A stretch of 63,877 bases of DNA, filler included, from Olpidium bornovanus S191 (lineage: Eukaryota; Fungi; Olpidiomycota): the NCBI GenBank assembly GCA_017911155.1. It is 26 parts of 26 records of this genome, joined end to end, with 100 filler letters (N's around TTAATTAATTAA, not from the genome) between each part and the next. Parts side by side here need not be neighbours in the genome. Positions count along the whole stretch, not along the records: positions 9,939 to 11,100 come from JAEFCI010008560.1; positions 11,201 to 12,549 come from JAEFCI010009439.1; positions 12,650 to 15,633 come from JAEFCI010011442.1; positions 15,734 to 18,390 come from JAEFCI010012447.1; positions 18,491 to 20,592 come from JAEFCI010002249.1; positions 20,693 to 22,887 come from JAEFCI010006200.1; 20 more parts are not named here. One strand, given 5' to 3'. Both the position numbers and the translations under genes were made by a program. Positions 10,451-22,987 of this stretch are shown here, piece by piece (the stretch's first letter is position 1; each line of letters starts with the position of its first letter). The notes under the pieces are model-generated. The model did not search any database and was not told where the DNA came from. It saw only the letters and a program-made list of their open reading frames with translations.

Positions 10451-12266
10451 TCTGCCTTGTCCGTTTTTTTCGTAACCTAATGCGTCCTCTGTATTTATTT
10501 GCTGTTGCGTGCTGCGGGGGCAGTCGCGTTTGAGGGCGGAGCGGTGGGGAGTACGAACTGCGCCAATGGAGGAACTACAGTGCACATGAGGGTGTGGCTC
10601 ATTTCACAAATACATCATTGGTATAATCTCTGGGGTTGCTGGAGCCACGGGACGCCGGCGGAATGGCGCGACGAAAGTCTGGCAATTCTTCTAGCCTGAA
10701 GCATTCTGCGTTGTCATGTGAGGCGGTGTGCGAAGGTGATTCCTCCGCGCCGTTTTCGTTGTCTTCCTTTGACAAGGATGGTTCCTTTGGCGCGAGCCCC
10801 GTGTGCCTTGCGGGGGGGGGGGGGCTTCTCCTGAACGACGGACGTGGGACCAAAGGAGACAAAGGAAGACGAGTGCGCAATGGAGGGACCAAGGATGGAG
10901 GGCGGAGACGGCGGACGGCGGACGGCGGGGACGCCGGAGACTGCACTGCACAGTTCGGAACGCTGTAGTTTCTACAAGCTTTCGGTTTGTTTTGTATAGT
11001 GTCGGTGTGCGGGATTTACAGGGGGAAGAAAGGAGGGATGATTCCTGCAGGAGCCTGCGCTACCGGCTACGTCCGACCCCCTTTCCCCCTTTTTTCCAAC
11101 NNNNNNNNNNNNNNNNNNNNNNNNNNNNNNNNNNNNNNNNNNNNTTAATTAATTAANNNNNNNNNNNNNNNNNNNNNNNNNNNNNNNNNNNNNNNNNNNN
11201 GCGTGTCTGGTCGCGACGGCATCAAAGGGCATCAAAGTGTTTTTGCATTTCTTTTGTTAGCTAAACCTTTGCCGGTGTACGGGTGACTTTGAAGATCTGG
11301 ACAGTCGTTTTTTTTTTTGAAGTTTTCTCAGGTGATTTTTGCTCGCGCCATCGCTTCCCGAGTTCCCTTTACTTGTTTTACACTAAGGCCACGCAGGAAA
11401 CCGATTCCTCGGCCCTTGCCACCCGCTGGTTCAAAGAATTTATGGCGCCTTGCGCCGCTGGCTCCGCCGCGCCCGCCGAGCCGACGATGTCACCGTGTGG
11501 TTAAAAAAATTTGTCAAAATTCGCCGACGTCCGCGTTGTGCTACGGCGGCACAGAAACGGGGCGCGGGGCCCTGGGTTGTGTCCGGCGGAGCTCGCGTCC
11601 TCGTCGTCGAGGAAGCGGTCGCCGAGCGCATCTCCGCTGCGGAGCATCTTCGCCGCCCGCATCGCGGGGGGGCTTTCCTTTCTTTTGTAGGCGCGCGGTG
11701 GAACCCGTCGATTCGCGCACTCGGGCCCCGCGCCTGCTGACGCTCCGCGTGGTCCTCGCCGGCGGGCGCCCGCGTCGGCGGCGAATCCGCGTGCCGCGCT
11801 CGGTCGCATTCCGCGGAGAGCGCCTAGGACGTCCCCCCGCGAGGTGCTTTTGCCCGGCGGCGCGGCGCGCGGTCCCTCCCCCGCTTTCGGCGGCGGGCAG
11901 GCCGCGGGGGTTGGGTGATTCGGGGGGTTTCTTTGGGCGCGCGCGGTCGTTTCCCACGGGCGGGGAGTCTCGACCGTTTCCAAGGAAACCGCCCCGGGCC
12001 CGCCTTTCCCTCCGCTCCCTTTCCCTCCCTCTCCCGCGTCCTTCCCCGCGTCGTCTTTTGTCGCCCACGCCTATTCGCGCCCTCTCGCTGGCGTTTCGCG
12101 CGCCGGCGCCCGCCGTTCCGCTCCATTTCCCCTCCCCCGCCCCTGCTGCGCCCGCCGCAGGCCCCCTCCAGCGGAACGGCGGGCCCGCCGGCTGACCTTC
12201 GGCAGAGCCACCCCGTCCCTCCGCTCCGTCCTGTTTGCCCCTTGCGGCCGCAGAGAAGAGCTGCCT

Positions 12267-12297
<31 letters not shown>

Positions 12298-13017
12298 AGT
12301 CCCGGAGTCAAGTCTCCTTGTGCGGCCGCGAGCGTGTAAGCCCGCGCAGGCGGCCCGGCCCAGCCCGCTTCCGGCGTAGCTGCCAACTCGCTCGCAAGCG
12401 CGAGGAGGGAAAAGGACCGGGCGGAAAGCATGCCTCAAGCGGTCGCCCCGGCGACGAGCACCCCGCGCGAGCTCTGTTGCGTGTTCGAGCGTTTTCGAGT
12501 TTCCGGGAACGAAGCTTTACGGCGTCGACTGGAACGGCAGTCCGGGCTANNNNNNNNNNNNNNNNNNNNNNNNNNNNNNNNNNNNNNNNNNNNTTAATTA
12601 ATTAANNNNNNNNNNNNNNNNNNNNNNNNNNNNNNNNNNNNNNNNNNNNAAAAAAAGCCCCGGGGAACGCGCGTCTAATGCGCTCTCTTCTCCTCTTTCT
12701 CCCCACCCAACCCGCCCTTTTTTCCCGCACCCAAAACGCCCCGCCCCGTCTTTGCCACCCCGCCGTCCCTCACTCCTCCTCGCCCACTTCCCCCCTTCCC
12801 CCGCGTCGCTCCCCGGAAAGCCAAACCTCCCGCCCCACCGGCCCGCCGTGCGCCCCGCGCCTCTTCGCAAGCACCCGCGCCGCCTCGTTTCTCTCCGGCA
12901 AAGCCTCCGCCGGGGCCGTATCCTGCACCTGTCGGCGGGCCGTCCCGCGGAAGGCGTGGGGGGGGGGGGGGGCGGGGGTTTTTTTTTTTTTTTTTTTTTT
13001 TTTCCCCACACGGGCAT

Positions 13018-15633
13018 ATGTACGGCGGCGCCGGGTACAGGCCCGCGGGTGCTTACCAGCCGCAACAGAACCAGCAGTCTCTGCCCAACCAGCAGTCTCT
13101 GCCCAACCAGCAGTCTCTGCCCAACCAGCAGTCTCTGCCCACCCAGCAATGGATCGCCGCCGCCGGTTACGGGCCCCACGATGTAGGAGCCGGCCAGCCG
13201 CAGACGGGGCCGGCGAGCGCGTGGGGCGGGTTCGGCGTGAACCTGATGCCGCCTGGCCAGCTGGGACCGCAGCAGACCGTGACCCCGATGCACACAGGCC
13301 GCTCCAACACGTACGGCCTGCCTCCCGCGTACACTGGCGGTAGCACGTACGGGATTTCGCCCGTCCTTACGGGCTCCGGCTCCGGGAGCACGTACATCAG
13401 CCCGACGCACACCGGCCATACCTCCGTCGAGTTCCTTCCCAGTGGCGGGCAACCGAACTTACGAACCGGTTCGTAACGATCGCACGCCGAAACACACCAA
13501 AAAAACGAACGAAATGGACGAAATGCCTCGCGACGGCAAAGTCGCTGTAAGCACGCTTCTAATGCGCGTCCAACCTGCGACGCGTTCTTCAGCAAAGATC
13601 TCGTTCTTGATACCCAGTGACCAACAGCGATACGAAGAGCTCTTTTTGCAAGCGTGTCCGAACATAGGCGGCAATTTATCTGGTACAAAGACGGAGGGGA
13701 TGCAAACTAGGACGTTCTCCCGTCGGTCGCATCCTATCAGGCACTGAAGGGTTATTGGTTGATGCATTGCAGGCGAACAAGCTCGTGCAATTCTCCTCCA
13801 GTCGAATCTTCCGAGCGACGTCCTGGGACAAATATGGTCGGTTACGCCGCAGAGAAGGCCGCTGGTGTCCGACGTGCATGCTGTTTGGTCAATGACCTTT
13901 TTCCGTCGGTGTTCTGCGCTAGGAACCTCGCCGACATTGATGCAAACGGCGTGCTGTGTTTTCCAGAGTTCTGTCTGGCCATGTTTTTGACAACCGCCTG
14001 CCTCGCCGGAAAGAGTGTGCCACAGCAGATTCCCGAAGACGTCCGCAGGGAGGTCCAGTCTGCCATGGCCATCTGTGCGTCGGCTTCGTCCATGCTTGGG
14101 AGAGCCAATCTAGATACGACCGGCTCGCAGTCCGGCTTGCCATTGACGGGGCATTCTGCCTCGAACCCGGACGTATCCATTCGTTACGCTGTTGGTCCGG
14201 TCGGCGGCGAAAAAGTGAGGTGGGCGGTAGGCCCACAGGAGAAGGACACGTACGACCGGGTCTTTAAAGTGTGGGACAATGGCAGTGGCTACATTTCTGG
14301 TAGGTTTCACGTCCAGGAGAGTATTGGCCGTGAGCCCGGGTAGCCGAACTTACGTATCGTAACTGCACTCCTTTCTTTCCCGCAGGCGAAAGAGCTTTGG
14401 AGATATTTACTGCTTCCAACGTACAGCAGGCTGATCTCGCGCAGATATGGTCAGGGGCTTGCCGGCTTTTTTAAATATACTTTTGCCAGAAATGCGGTGA
14501 CTTACGCTCCTCAATATCTCGCAAAACAGGAGTCTGGCGGACATAAATAATCAGGGGAAACTCAACCAAGACGAATTCGCCGTTGCGATGCACCTGATTT
14601 ATGCCAGACTAAATGGCCAACCGATTCCACGGACCCTACCTCCGGAGTTGGTCCCGCCGTCAACGCGGACGTTATCAGACACGGTGTCCTCGATGAAGAC
14701 GTCTCTGGTGGCCAACATTTTCCAGAAGAAGGCGTTGTCTCCGCCGGCAGTCCGGCAGAGCTTCCCACCGGCGGCAGGAACAGGCGTAAAATCGTCGGCG
14801 TCAATGAACTCCGTAAGTTCCTATCTCACGGACAACGACGACGTGGGATATATCAGTTCCGCGCGAAGGAAAGTTAGCACGGGCACTTCCGCCAGCGCAA
14901 GCTCGATTTTTTCCGAGGATAAACTGCGAGCGGGCTACATGGGGAACCTCCGGAATGAGATAGCTGGGCCGAAAAACGACATAGGTATGTTCGGGAAGGC
15001 GACGTCGAAATCTGCCGAAACCGCGGCCTTCAGGTCCGATTTCGAGGGCTCGGAACAACGAATGCGAACCGACCGCGACTCTTTGGGCTCCTGGGCAGGA
15101 GCGAAGAATTTCGTTCCTGCGTTCAACACGGAGGCGGCCGCGCGGAACCGGGCTCTACTGGATCACATCGACGACAACCTCTCGAGGATATCAAACTTGA
15201 TCGCGAAAGGACGGACGGACGTTAACCGAACCTACAACAGGAAGAAGTCGGACGCGGAAGCCAAACTAGCAGCGACGCCTTCCGTGGCTGACGGCATGGA
15301 TGAAGCGGAGAGGATCAAGGCGAAGGCGGCAGCAATGCTGGCAGAGCGGCTAGCCAAGTTTGGGATCCAGCAGCCCTCCGCCGGTTTGACTCCCTCCCCA
15401 GGGAGCGGTGCTGCGCAGGATGGCGAGACCCGGAAGGCATTAGAGCGGGAGATAAACGAAATCGAAGAGGAGCGCCGACGAGAGCTAAGGCAGCTGGACG
15501 ACAAGGAACGCACGCATGCCCTGTTACGCGCGGAATTGTCCGCCGTACGGACCTCCGTTCCGGGCGCAGACGGCAAGTCGACCTCGGAGGCAGATCTGCA
15601 GAAGGAGACAACGAAATGGCAGGAGAACGTTCG
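13018..15633 (+). CDS. PAN1: Actin-patch/endocytic scaffold Pan1 (two EH domains), 3' truncated
   Basis: N-terminal xxTG repeats; EH1 KISFL..DQQRYEELF/GEQARAILLQSNL..IW/NLADIDANGVLCFPEFCLAM; EH2 WAVGPQEKDTYDRVF..LADINNQGKLNQDEFAVAMHLIY..LPPELVPPS; coiled coil. Confidence 0.92.
13069..13140 (+). repeat. Coding 18-bp tandem repeat x4 (NQQSLP)
   Basis: AACCAGCAGTCTCTGCCC four times, exact. Confidence 0.97.
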
Positions 15634-15733
15634 NNNNNNNNNNNNNNNNNNNNNNNNNNNNNNNNNNNNNNNNNNNNTTAATTAATTAANNNNNNNNNNN
15701 NNNNNNNNNNNNNNNNNNNNNNNNNNNNNNNNN

Positions 15734-16642
15734 CATGGACAGCCGGATCTCCATCGTGTAGAACCGCGTCAGGTCCGGCCGGTCGTCGCCCGAAAACGCC
15801 GGCTTCGGCCGCCCGTCGTCCCGCGACTTGGGCGGCGGCCGCGGCCGGTCGTCGTCCAGGCTCGCCGCCTCGGGCGCCTTCGCTTCCGCGTCGCGCTTGC
15901 CGATCTCCAGGTCGCGCGAGGTGTCGACCTCCAGCTCCGCGTTCGAGTACTTGAAGAAGCCCCTGGCGAACGCGTGGTCCGGGATGGTCGGGAGAAACGC
16001 GTTCATCACGAATATCCGCCGCAGGTGCCGCGGCGGGTACCGCCCTCCTCCTCCTCCGCCGCCTCCTCCTCCTCCTTCGCCGCCGCCCGTTTCGCTGTCG
16101 GCGGCGGCGGCGGCGGCCCGCGGGAGGAGGTGCTCGCTGATGAAGCCGATGTAGTTCTTCGCGGCCTCCTCGGCGAACTTCAGCGGCGGTATGAGCCCGT
16201 TGCGGAGCTTGTAGAAGTAATTGGTCTGGAGGTCCACGGTGCCGAAGCACAGCAGAATCTGTTGAGGGAGGCGGCTGTCCAACTCGCGCAAAACGACTTC
16301 TTGGGAGTTGGTTGACGACTTGGTGCGGGAAACGCCCACAGCAGAGCCGCCCTTGATCTTGTTGCTGATGACGAGCCCGCTGTTGAGGAGCTTCAGAGGG
16401 CCGACGAACGAGTCCCCAAAAGCCGTCAGCAGCGGCCCACGGGATCGGCGCGCCGGCGGCGGCGGCAGCGGCAGCGGCAGCGGCGAGTACCGGCGGGGCA
16501 CCCGGGGCAATTCGGCGAGGGCCTCGCCGCAGCCCTCGTCGCGGCGCCACTCGCGGGCGTCGTTGCACGGCCGCTTGCGGGAAAGCAGGTTTCGGGCGTC
16601 GTCGGACGGCCGGCCGGTAGGGCCGTCGTCGCGGGGCCGCAT
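15734..16642 (-). CDS. SGNH/GDSL-fold-like protein of unknown function, intronless, 3' truncated
   Basis: AFGDSF (block I), KIKGGSAVG (block II-like), LLCFGTVDL (block III-like with Val for Asn); strongly GC3-biased codons. Confidence 0.6.
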
Positions 16643-17062
16643 GTGAGACTCGTCGGCGGGGCGGCCGCGGCCGTCGCGGCCGTCGCCCGACGGCGGCCGC
16701 CGCCAGCGAGCGTCGTTGTCGCAAGAAGACCGGTCGCGCGCGCCGTCCGACGGGCGGGCGCGAGCGCCCCCCGCGCCGGCGAGGAGGAGGCCGCGGGCGT
16801 CGTCGCAGGGGCCCCGGCGGTGGCGGGACAGCAGGTTTCGGGCGTCGCCGGAAGGCAGAAACCCCCGGCCGCCGCCGACGTCGGGACCACGGCCGCGAGG
16901 GTCGACCTCTCGGCAGACCCGTTCGCGGGACCCGTCGCGGCCGCCATCGCCGTCTCCGTATCGCCCGTACCGCCGGTCGGAGCTTCGCGCAAAGCGGAAC
17001 GGGCGCGCACGTCGTCAGTGGATCAAAGAAGCAAGAAGAAAAAAGTCATCGTCCGTGGGGAG

Positions 17063-17078
17063 ACAGAGAGAGAGACAC

Positions 17079-17120
<42 letters not shown>
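17063..17120 (+). repeat. (GA)n microsatellite; a (CT)n tract also lies at about 17540-17610
   Basis: Direct reading. Confidence 0.9.
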
Positions 17121-17128
<8 letters not shown>

Positions 17129-17536
17129 GGAGAGGGAAGTGAGGGGGGCGGGATGAGAGAGAGCGAGCGACACGGATACCCACCTGTCGCGCGGCCCCGG
17201 GTACGCCGACGGGCTTCCCCAGCGTCCTCCCGCCCTGTCCCGGACTTCCCGCCGCGGGGAGCGGTGGTGGTGATGTCCCGACCGGACGCCTCCGCGGCGG
17301 TCGTCGTCCCACACCGGGTCGGCGGGGCCACGGCGGCGTGATTCTCCTCCTCGTCCTCCTTCCGGCGAACCGCGGGGCCGGCGGTGCCGTTCGACGGGCG
17401 ATCGGCTGCTGTTTGGCATTATTTTTTTTTTTTTCCCCTGTTATCCTGGCGAGTGCAGGCTCTCTCACTCCCAGTGTCACTCTCACTCTCGCTCCCTGTT
17501 TCTTTCACTCTCTGCTCTCTCTCTCTTTCTCTCCGA

Positions 17537-17589
<53 letters not shown>

Positions 17590-18490
17590 TCTCTCTCTCT
17601 CTCTCCCTCTCCCCGCCCTCCCAACGCCGCGGGAACGGAGGCGGGCTGGCGGGGAGGGGGGTTGGCGGTGGCGCGGGGGTTGGCGGGTTGGCGCGGGGAC
17701 GTGCCCGGGGGAGGCGGGGGCCCCGAGAGAGAGAGAGGGCGTGGGTCGGAGCGAGCGCGGGGCGGGGCGGGGGCGGGGCGGGGGCGGGGCGGGGAGCCGG
17801 AAAAAAAAAAAAAAAGCGTGGAAAGAACGCGGGAGATTTTCCGCTTTCTCTCTCTCTCTCTCTCGGCGAAAACAACGGCGGCATCGGCACCCCCCGCGCG
17901 CGCGCGCGCGATCGCCGGGGGCGAATGAACCAAAATCTACAAATTCCCCAAAAAGCGGCGGGGGCAAGGTTTTTTGTTCGCGGCGAATTGTCTAAAACTA
18001 ACCTCGACTCCGCAAGCGTCGGCTTTTCGATTCCGGCACCGGCTTCCGGGCCGCCACATCGATGCGCGCCTGCAGCAGCGAACCGATCCATCGTCGAAAA
18101 GCGAGAGGGTCGACCTGGGCCCAGCAGGATTTCTTTGTGCTGCAGCCGACGCCGGCGGGCGAAAACTGCTTGCCGCGCACAATTCTTGCCAGACGGACAC
18201 GGTCAAAGGCAAAAAATCATTGCAAGGCCGGAGGGAATCCGGGGTTGTCAAGGCGCGAGCGTCTCGACGATCCGGGACCCCGGGGGTCCGGGAAATTGGG
18301 CACCAGGCGTGTAGGGAGCAACGGCGATCCCGAGCTATTTGCCGGACGGGGGGGGGGGGGGGGGGGGGGGTCCCCGCGTGGGGGGGGGGGNNNNNNNNNN
18401 NNNNNNNNNNNNNNNNNNNNNNNNNNNNNNNNNNTTAATTAATTAANNNNNNNNNNNNNNNNNNNNNNNNNNNNNNNNNNNNNNNNNNNN

Positions 18491-20474
18491 ATCGCTGGTA
18501 TGACCTGGAGTGGGCTCCCCTGCCGCCTCCGCCGTGGTACGTATCGTACCGCTGGCCCCCGGAGCGGGGATTCCGGTTCCCACTGAACCGTCCACCGTGG
18601 TAGTTGCCATGAGGGATAAACTGTGAGCTAGACATCACCTGCGGGTGCATCGGCACGTTCGTGCCGCCGTACGGTCCGGGAGGTCCACCCATGTTCGCGT
18701 TGTAGTAACCGACCGCCGGTCCCGGGTGGAATTGCGCGGCTGGTTGCCCCATGGGGGCCGCCATCCCGACGGGCTGCGGCCCGCTGGTGGGGTGAGTCCT
18801 AGCATCTCCGGGAGACGGCTGGACGACAGGCGGGGACGTGGGCGTGCTTCCTATTGGAACCTGCTGTGCGGCACGAACCGGCCCCGACTGGGGAGAAAAC
18901 GCTGGACCGCACTGCTGAGGCCCAGTCCCTTGTTGGGACGGCGGTCCCTGATAATACCGGCGTACGTGCTGCTGCTGGGCCGGCGCCCCGCTGTGCTGGT
19001 AACGGCGGCCGTCTTGACCTCGGTTCTCGTTTCTCGGGTGCGGAGGGGAACCGTTGCGAGTGCCCCACTCCTGGGACGGCATGCCGTAACCAACTGTGGC
19101 CTGCGGCATGTGGTTTGGCTGATTTTTTTGATAATAGGACGACCGGTTGTTGTTGTAGTAGTGTGTTCCACGGCCCGAGGAATAATCCGCTCCGGGTGGA
19201 GGAGCAGTCGATGTCACCGACAACGGCTGCTGGTTCGCCGACTCCGGTCCCTTGAGGCCCTTCTCGCCTTCGGGGGCAGTAACCTCGTTGGTTGTCGACG
19301 AGGCGTCGGTCTTCCACGGGTCAACATCAGGTTTTATCTTTATGGATAGGAAAAACATAAGTTGATGTCGGATGGGTGGCACCAAGTCAGGTAAAAAAAA
19401 AAAAGAAATACTCACTTCGCCTTTTTCAAACTCGACCTCGTCCGCCCAGCCGAGAGACGCCGGCGCCTTCGGCGGCTCTTCGATCGCGGGAATTATTGCA
19501 GCAACAGCGGCCGCAGGAGTATCCGTTTTCGGTGCGTCTCCGGTTGAACTTACAGCGCACCCGGAATCCTGCGAGACTGCGTCTTTAGACGCAGGCGTGC
19601 TCTCGGCACAAGGTGGCGTGTTGTCTTGCTGGGCTGATGCATCCGGCCCACATATCACGGTAGTGGTCAGGACGTCAGGCGGCGGCGCAACTTTGCTCGC
19701 GTCCGTTGACATCCTCGGAGCAGATGAACGTTCGACCGAAACCGGCGGCGCCGGCGCCACGTTCAGAGGTTCCGGTTTAGGTGGAGCAGCGAATTTGTTT
19801 TGGTATGCGGTAACCTGCGGCGGATAGCCAGTGTTGCCAAAGTTCTTGCCAACAGCCTTGCGGTTTCTGCGGGAGGAGCCTCCTCCTGCTTCCGAATCCT
19901 TTTTCCCAAGGCGTTTGCCAGCCGGCCCGAGGTCGACATCCGGCATCGAGCCATCCACGAGCCCGCCAAGACACGAATACCTATTGATCGCCTTGGCGCT
20001 GTCGAGCTTTTCGTTCAATTTGTATACAGGGCTGTCAGAAGCAGTGGGTCCGTTCTCTTTGGTATTGGAAACCGGGGTCTTGTTAGAGGGTCCGGTGAGT
20101 TTGTGAGAGGCCTTCCTCTTGTTGGGAGTCGAACCGGCGGTCCTCTCTACTTCAGCAGGCAGCGACCCCAAGGCCTTCGCGTTCGGGTCCGGAATGCTTT
20201 CTCCCTGCTTGATTTGGGAGCCAGAGCCTGACGGGTTTGTCGGGCTCTTGTTCTTGGAAGTTCCTTTCCCCCTTCTACCGTGGCTCCTTTTAGAGCGGGG
20301 ACCCAAAGCCGTGGGATTGCTGCCACTGTTCTCGCCTTTCGGCTCGCAAAGTTGGACGGGCTCGCTTCTGGTCGGTTGCTTCTCAACGACCCTAGACGAC
20401 GATTCCAAATGGGAGGTGGCCGGCCCGGAAGAAGCTTGTTCAGAATTTTGAGCAGTTTTGGCAGTACTCTCCAA
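18491..20474 (-). CDS. Large disordered protein with a Q/P/G/Y/N-rich C-terminal half; one probable intron at 19338-19415; true start uncertain
   Basis: About 660 open codons; GTGAGT..AAG intron joining LGWADEVEFEKGE to IKPDVDPWK; no recognisable folded domain. Confidence 0.7.
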
Positions 20475-20886
20475 AGATGTCTTGTCGATATCGCTGCAAG
20501 TGATTTAAAAAGGCGACTGTGCTAATCAGCTCTTGATTTTTTGTGGCAGTGAGCGGATAACGCGGGCCGTCACAAAAGACGCTCTAACCATGNNNNNNNN
20601 NNNNNNNNNNNNNNNNNNNNNNNNNNNNNNNNNNNNTTAATTAATTAANNNNNNNNNNNNNNNNNNNNNNNNNNNNNNNNNNNNNNNNNNNNATGCTGGG
20701 TGCGGGCGAGCCGAAAGTGTTTCGGTAGCATACCGGGCCGCGGGACGGCCCGGTTGCAGAACGCGGCGTAAGCCGGACAGGGGAAACAAAGAAATAAATT
20801 TTGCATAAGCATGGCATGCGACTCGCAGGAAGGAGTGGGGGGGGGTGGGGGGGGGGGGGGAGGGGCGTGAACAGAAAGATGCCGAA

Positions 20887-22710
20887 TCAGCAAAGATTCG
20901 GAGCGTACGCAGCGAGTCCCGGGGCTCCGATGTCGGTGGCTCGGAGCTTCAGCTTGCGCAACTTCGATAGCGGCTCCGGCTGAGCCGCGGCGTGAAGCGC
21001 GGCGCCGTCGGGCGACGCGTCCGCGGCGGCCGCCGCCTGGCGCGTCTCCTGGGAGGCGGACTTCTCCGGCGCCAAGACGCCCAGCATCTTGTAGACGGCG
21101 GCGTTGGTGACGTCGATGAGCGCGGCCACCTTCAAGACTTCGAGCCCCGTGCAGCTGCGCACCACCTCGAAAAGGCCGGCCTTGGTGACGGCGGTGTAGT
21201 TGAAGTTCACGGCGCGCACTTTGTCGGCGCGCGGCAGCGACGCGATGGCGAGAGCGGAGGCGTTCCCGGCGGTGGTCGCGCGCAGCTCGATGACCTCCAG
21301 GCTCGGGAGCTCCGAAATGGCCTTGGCCAGCAGGCTGTCGGAAAGGCGGCCGCAGTTGTTGAGGCAGAGGCGGCGGAGGTGGGCCGGGCCGGCCTTGACA
21401 AGCGTGTTGAGCACCGGGTCCTTCGGGGCCAGCCCGGAAAGGTTGAGCACGGGCCCCGTGTCGCTGTCGATGAAGAACGACGTGAGGTGCCTCATCGTCA
21501 GAAGGTCGGGACGTTGCTCGCGCAGGCGGTCCAGCAGCCGCGTGCGCAGGTGCGACGGCAACGGCGGCAGAGGCGAGGACGGAGCGGGCCTCCGCGCCCG
21601 GCTGCGCGTGGACGAGGGGCGGTAGTGGTCGCAGCCGTACTTGGTGTCCGGGTCCGGCAGCAGCCTGTCGAGGCAGTGGGCGACGACCGCGTCCAGGCAC
21701 CGCGAGACCAGCGTCCTGAGGCCGGACGCGGTCTTCGGCTCCGCGCCGTCGGCGCTCCCGTCGTGGTCCTGCCCCTCCTCCTCTTCCTCGCTGAAGAGCC
21801 CGAGGCCCGCCCTGTACGAGGACCTCGGCAGCTGCACGTGCGCGTGAAGGTACCAGCTCTCCTGTATGGACGTCGGGATTTTCTCGATCGCCCGCCACGC
21901 CGCCGTCGCGCCGGCCGGGGTGCCCCAGGCTCCGAGGGAAACGCGCTGCTTCTGGCGCAAGTTCCTGCGCTTCCGGCTCCTTTTGAACGACGTCGCCCGG
22001 CGCCTCCGAGACGTTTCCGGCTCGTACTCCTCCTCCTCCTCCTCCTCCTCCTCGTCGTAGTCGTAGTCGTCGCCGTCGGAGACGCGAGCGGCCAGGCGTT
22101 GCCGGAGCCTCGCGCTCCTCCTCAGGGCCGGCTGGCGGGCACTCCGCCGTGAGCTCCTCCGGAGCGCCGGCTGCCACTCGCGGTACTCGTCGTCCCCCTC
22201 CGTCGTGTCTTCCCCGTCTTCCTCGTCTTCCTCGTCTTCTTCGTCGTCGTCGTCGTCGTCGTCGTCGCCCCCTTCCTCTTCAAACTCGTCCGTGTCTTCC
22301 TCCTCCCGGACCTCTTCCACGTCCATGTGCTCCACTTCGTCTTCGACATCCTCCGGCGGCGGCGCGCTCGCCCGCGTCCCCGCCGCTTCCCATCCCGGCG
22401 CCGGCGAAGGGGTGTTGTGCATCAAGCGCCGGGAGCGGCGCGGCGCCGAAGAAGAGGCCGCCGGCGCGGCGGGCGGCGCGGCGGGGACGCTGCCAATCCC
22501 GGCGAGCGAGCAGCTCCTCCGCGGCCTCTTGCCGGGGCGGCCCTCCTCCTCCGGGGTCCCGGGCTGCAGCCCGCCGCCGCCGCCGCCGCCGCCGCTCGTT
22601 CCGCCGTGCCCGTCGGCGCCGGAGCCGGAGCCTGAGCCGGAGCCTGAGCCGGAGCCGGCGCCGGCGCCGTCGACCTCGGCGGCCTCCCTCTTCCTCAAGC
22701 GCGTCAGCAT
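20887..22710 (-). CDS. RNI-like leucine-rich-repeat protein (Rad7/AMN1-like) with an acidic N-terminus
   Basis: LRTLVSRCLDAVVAHC, LRRLCLNNCGRLSDSLL, LPSLEVIELRAT, VRAVNFNYTAVT, LEVLKVAAL, LRKLKLRATDI. It probably continues after a GTACGC donor near 20908. Confidence 0.65.
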   Translation of the reverse strand: MLTRLRKREAAEVDGAGAGSGSGSGSGSGSGADGHGGTSGGGGGGGGLQPGTPEEEGRPGKRPRRSCSLAGIGSVPAAPPAAPAASSSAPRRSRRLMHNTPSPAPGWEAAGTRASAPPPEDVEDEVEHMDVEEVREEEDTDEFEEEGGDDDDDDDDEEDEEDEEDGEDTTEGDDEYREWQPALRRSSRRSARQPALRRSARLRQRLAARVSDGDDYDYDEEEEEEEEEYEPETSRRRRATSFKRSRKRRNLRQKQRVSLGAWGTPAGATAAWRAIEKIPTSIQESWYLHAHVQLPRSSYRAGLGLFSEEEEEGQDHDGSADGAEPKTASGLRTLVSRCLDAVVAHCLDRLLPDPDTKYGCDHYRPSSTRSRARRPAPSSPLPPLPSHLRTRLLDRLREQRPDLLTMRHLTSFFIDSDTGPVLNLSGLAPKDPVLNTLVKAGPAHLRRLCLNNCGRLSDSLLAKAISELPSLEVIELRATTAGNASALAIASLPRADKVRAVNFNYTAVTKAGLFEVVRSCTGLEVLKVAALIDVTNAAVYKMLGVLAPEKSASQETRQAAAAADASPDGAALHAAAQPEPLSKLRKLKLRATDIGAPGLAAYAPNLC

Positions 22711-22746
22711 GCTTTTTTTTTTTTTTTCTTTCGGGGGGGGGGGGGG

Positions 22747-22780
<34 letters not shown>

Positions 22781-22987
22781 GAGAGGGGGGGGGGGGCGGG
22801 GGGGGCGCCGGGGGGGGGGGGGGGGGGGGGGGGGGGGAGGGGGGGGGGCGGGAGGGGGGGGGGGGGGGGAGGGGGGGGGGGGGGGGGNNNNNNNNNNNNN
22901 NNNNNNNNNNNNNNNNNNNNNNNNNNNNNNNTTAATTAATTAANNNNNNNNNNNNNNNNNNNNNNNNNNNNNNNNNNNNNNNNNNNN

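Noticed and set aside
16640-18390. Many long overlapping Arg/Ala/Pro-rich ORFs (also 11201-12549, 29400-30350, 42260-43100)
   Set aside because: Expected from stop-poor GC-rich and microsatellite DNA, or as antisense shadows; no recognisable domains.
22735-22887. Poly-G/poly-C tracts (also 9584-9670 and 63800-63870) as poly-Gly/Pro coding regions or telomeres
   Set aside because: They are at or near contig ends and low in complexity, probably poorly resolved; no telomeric repeat unit is present.
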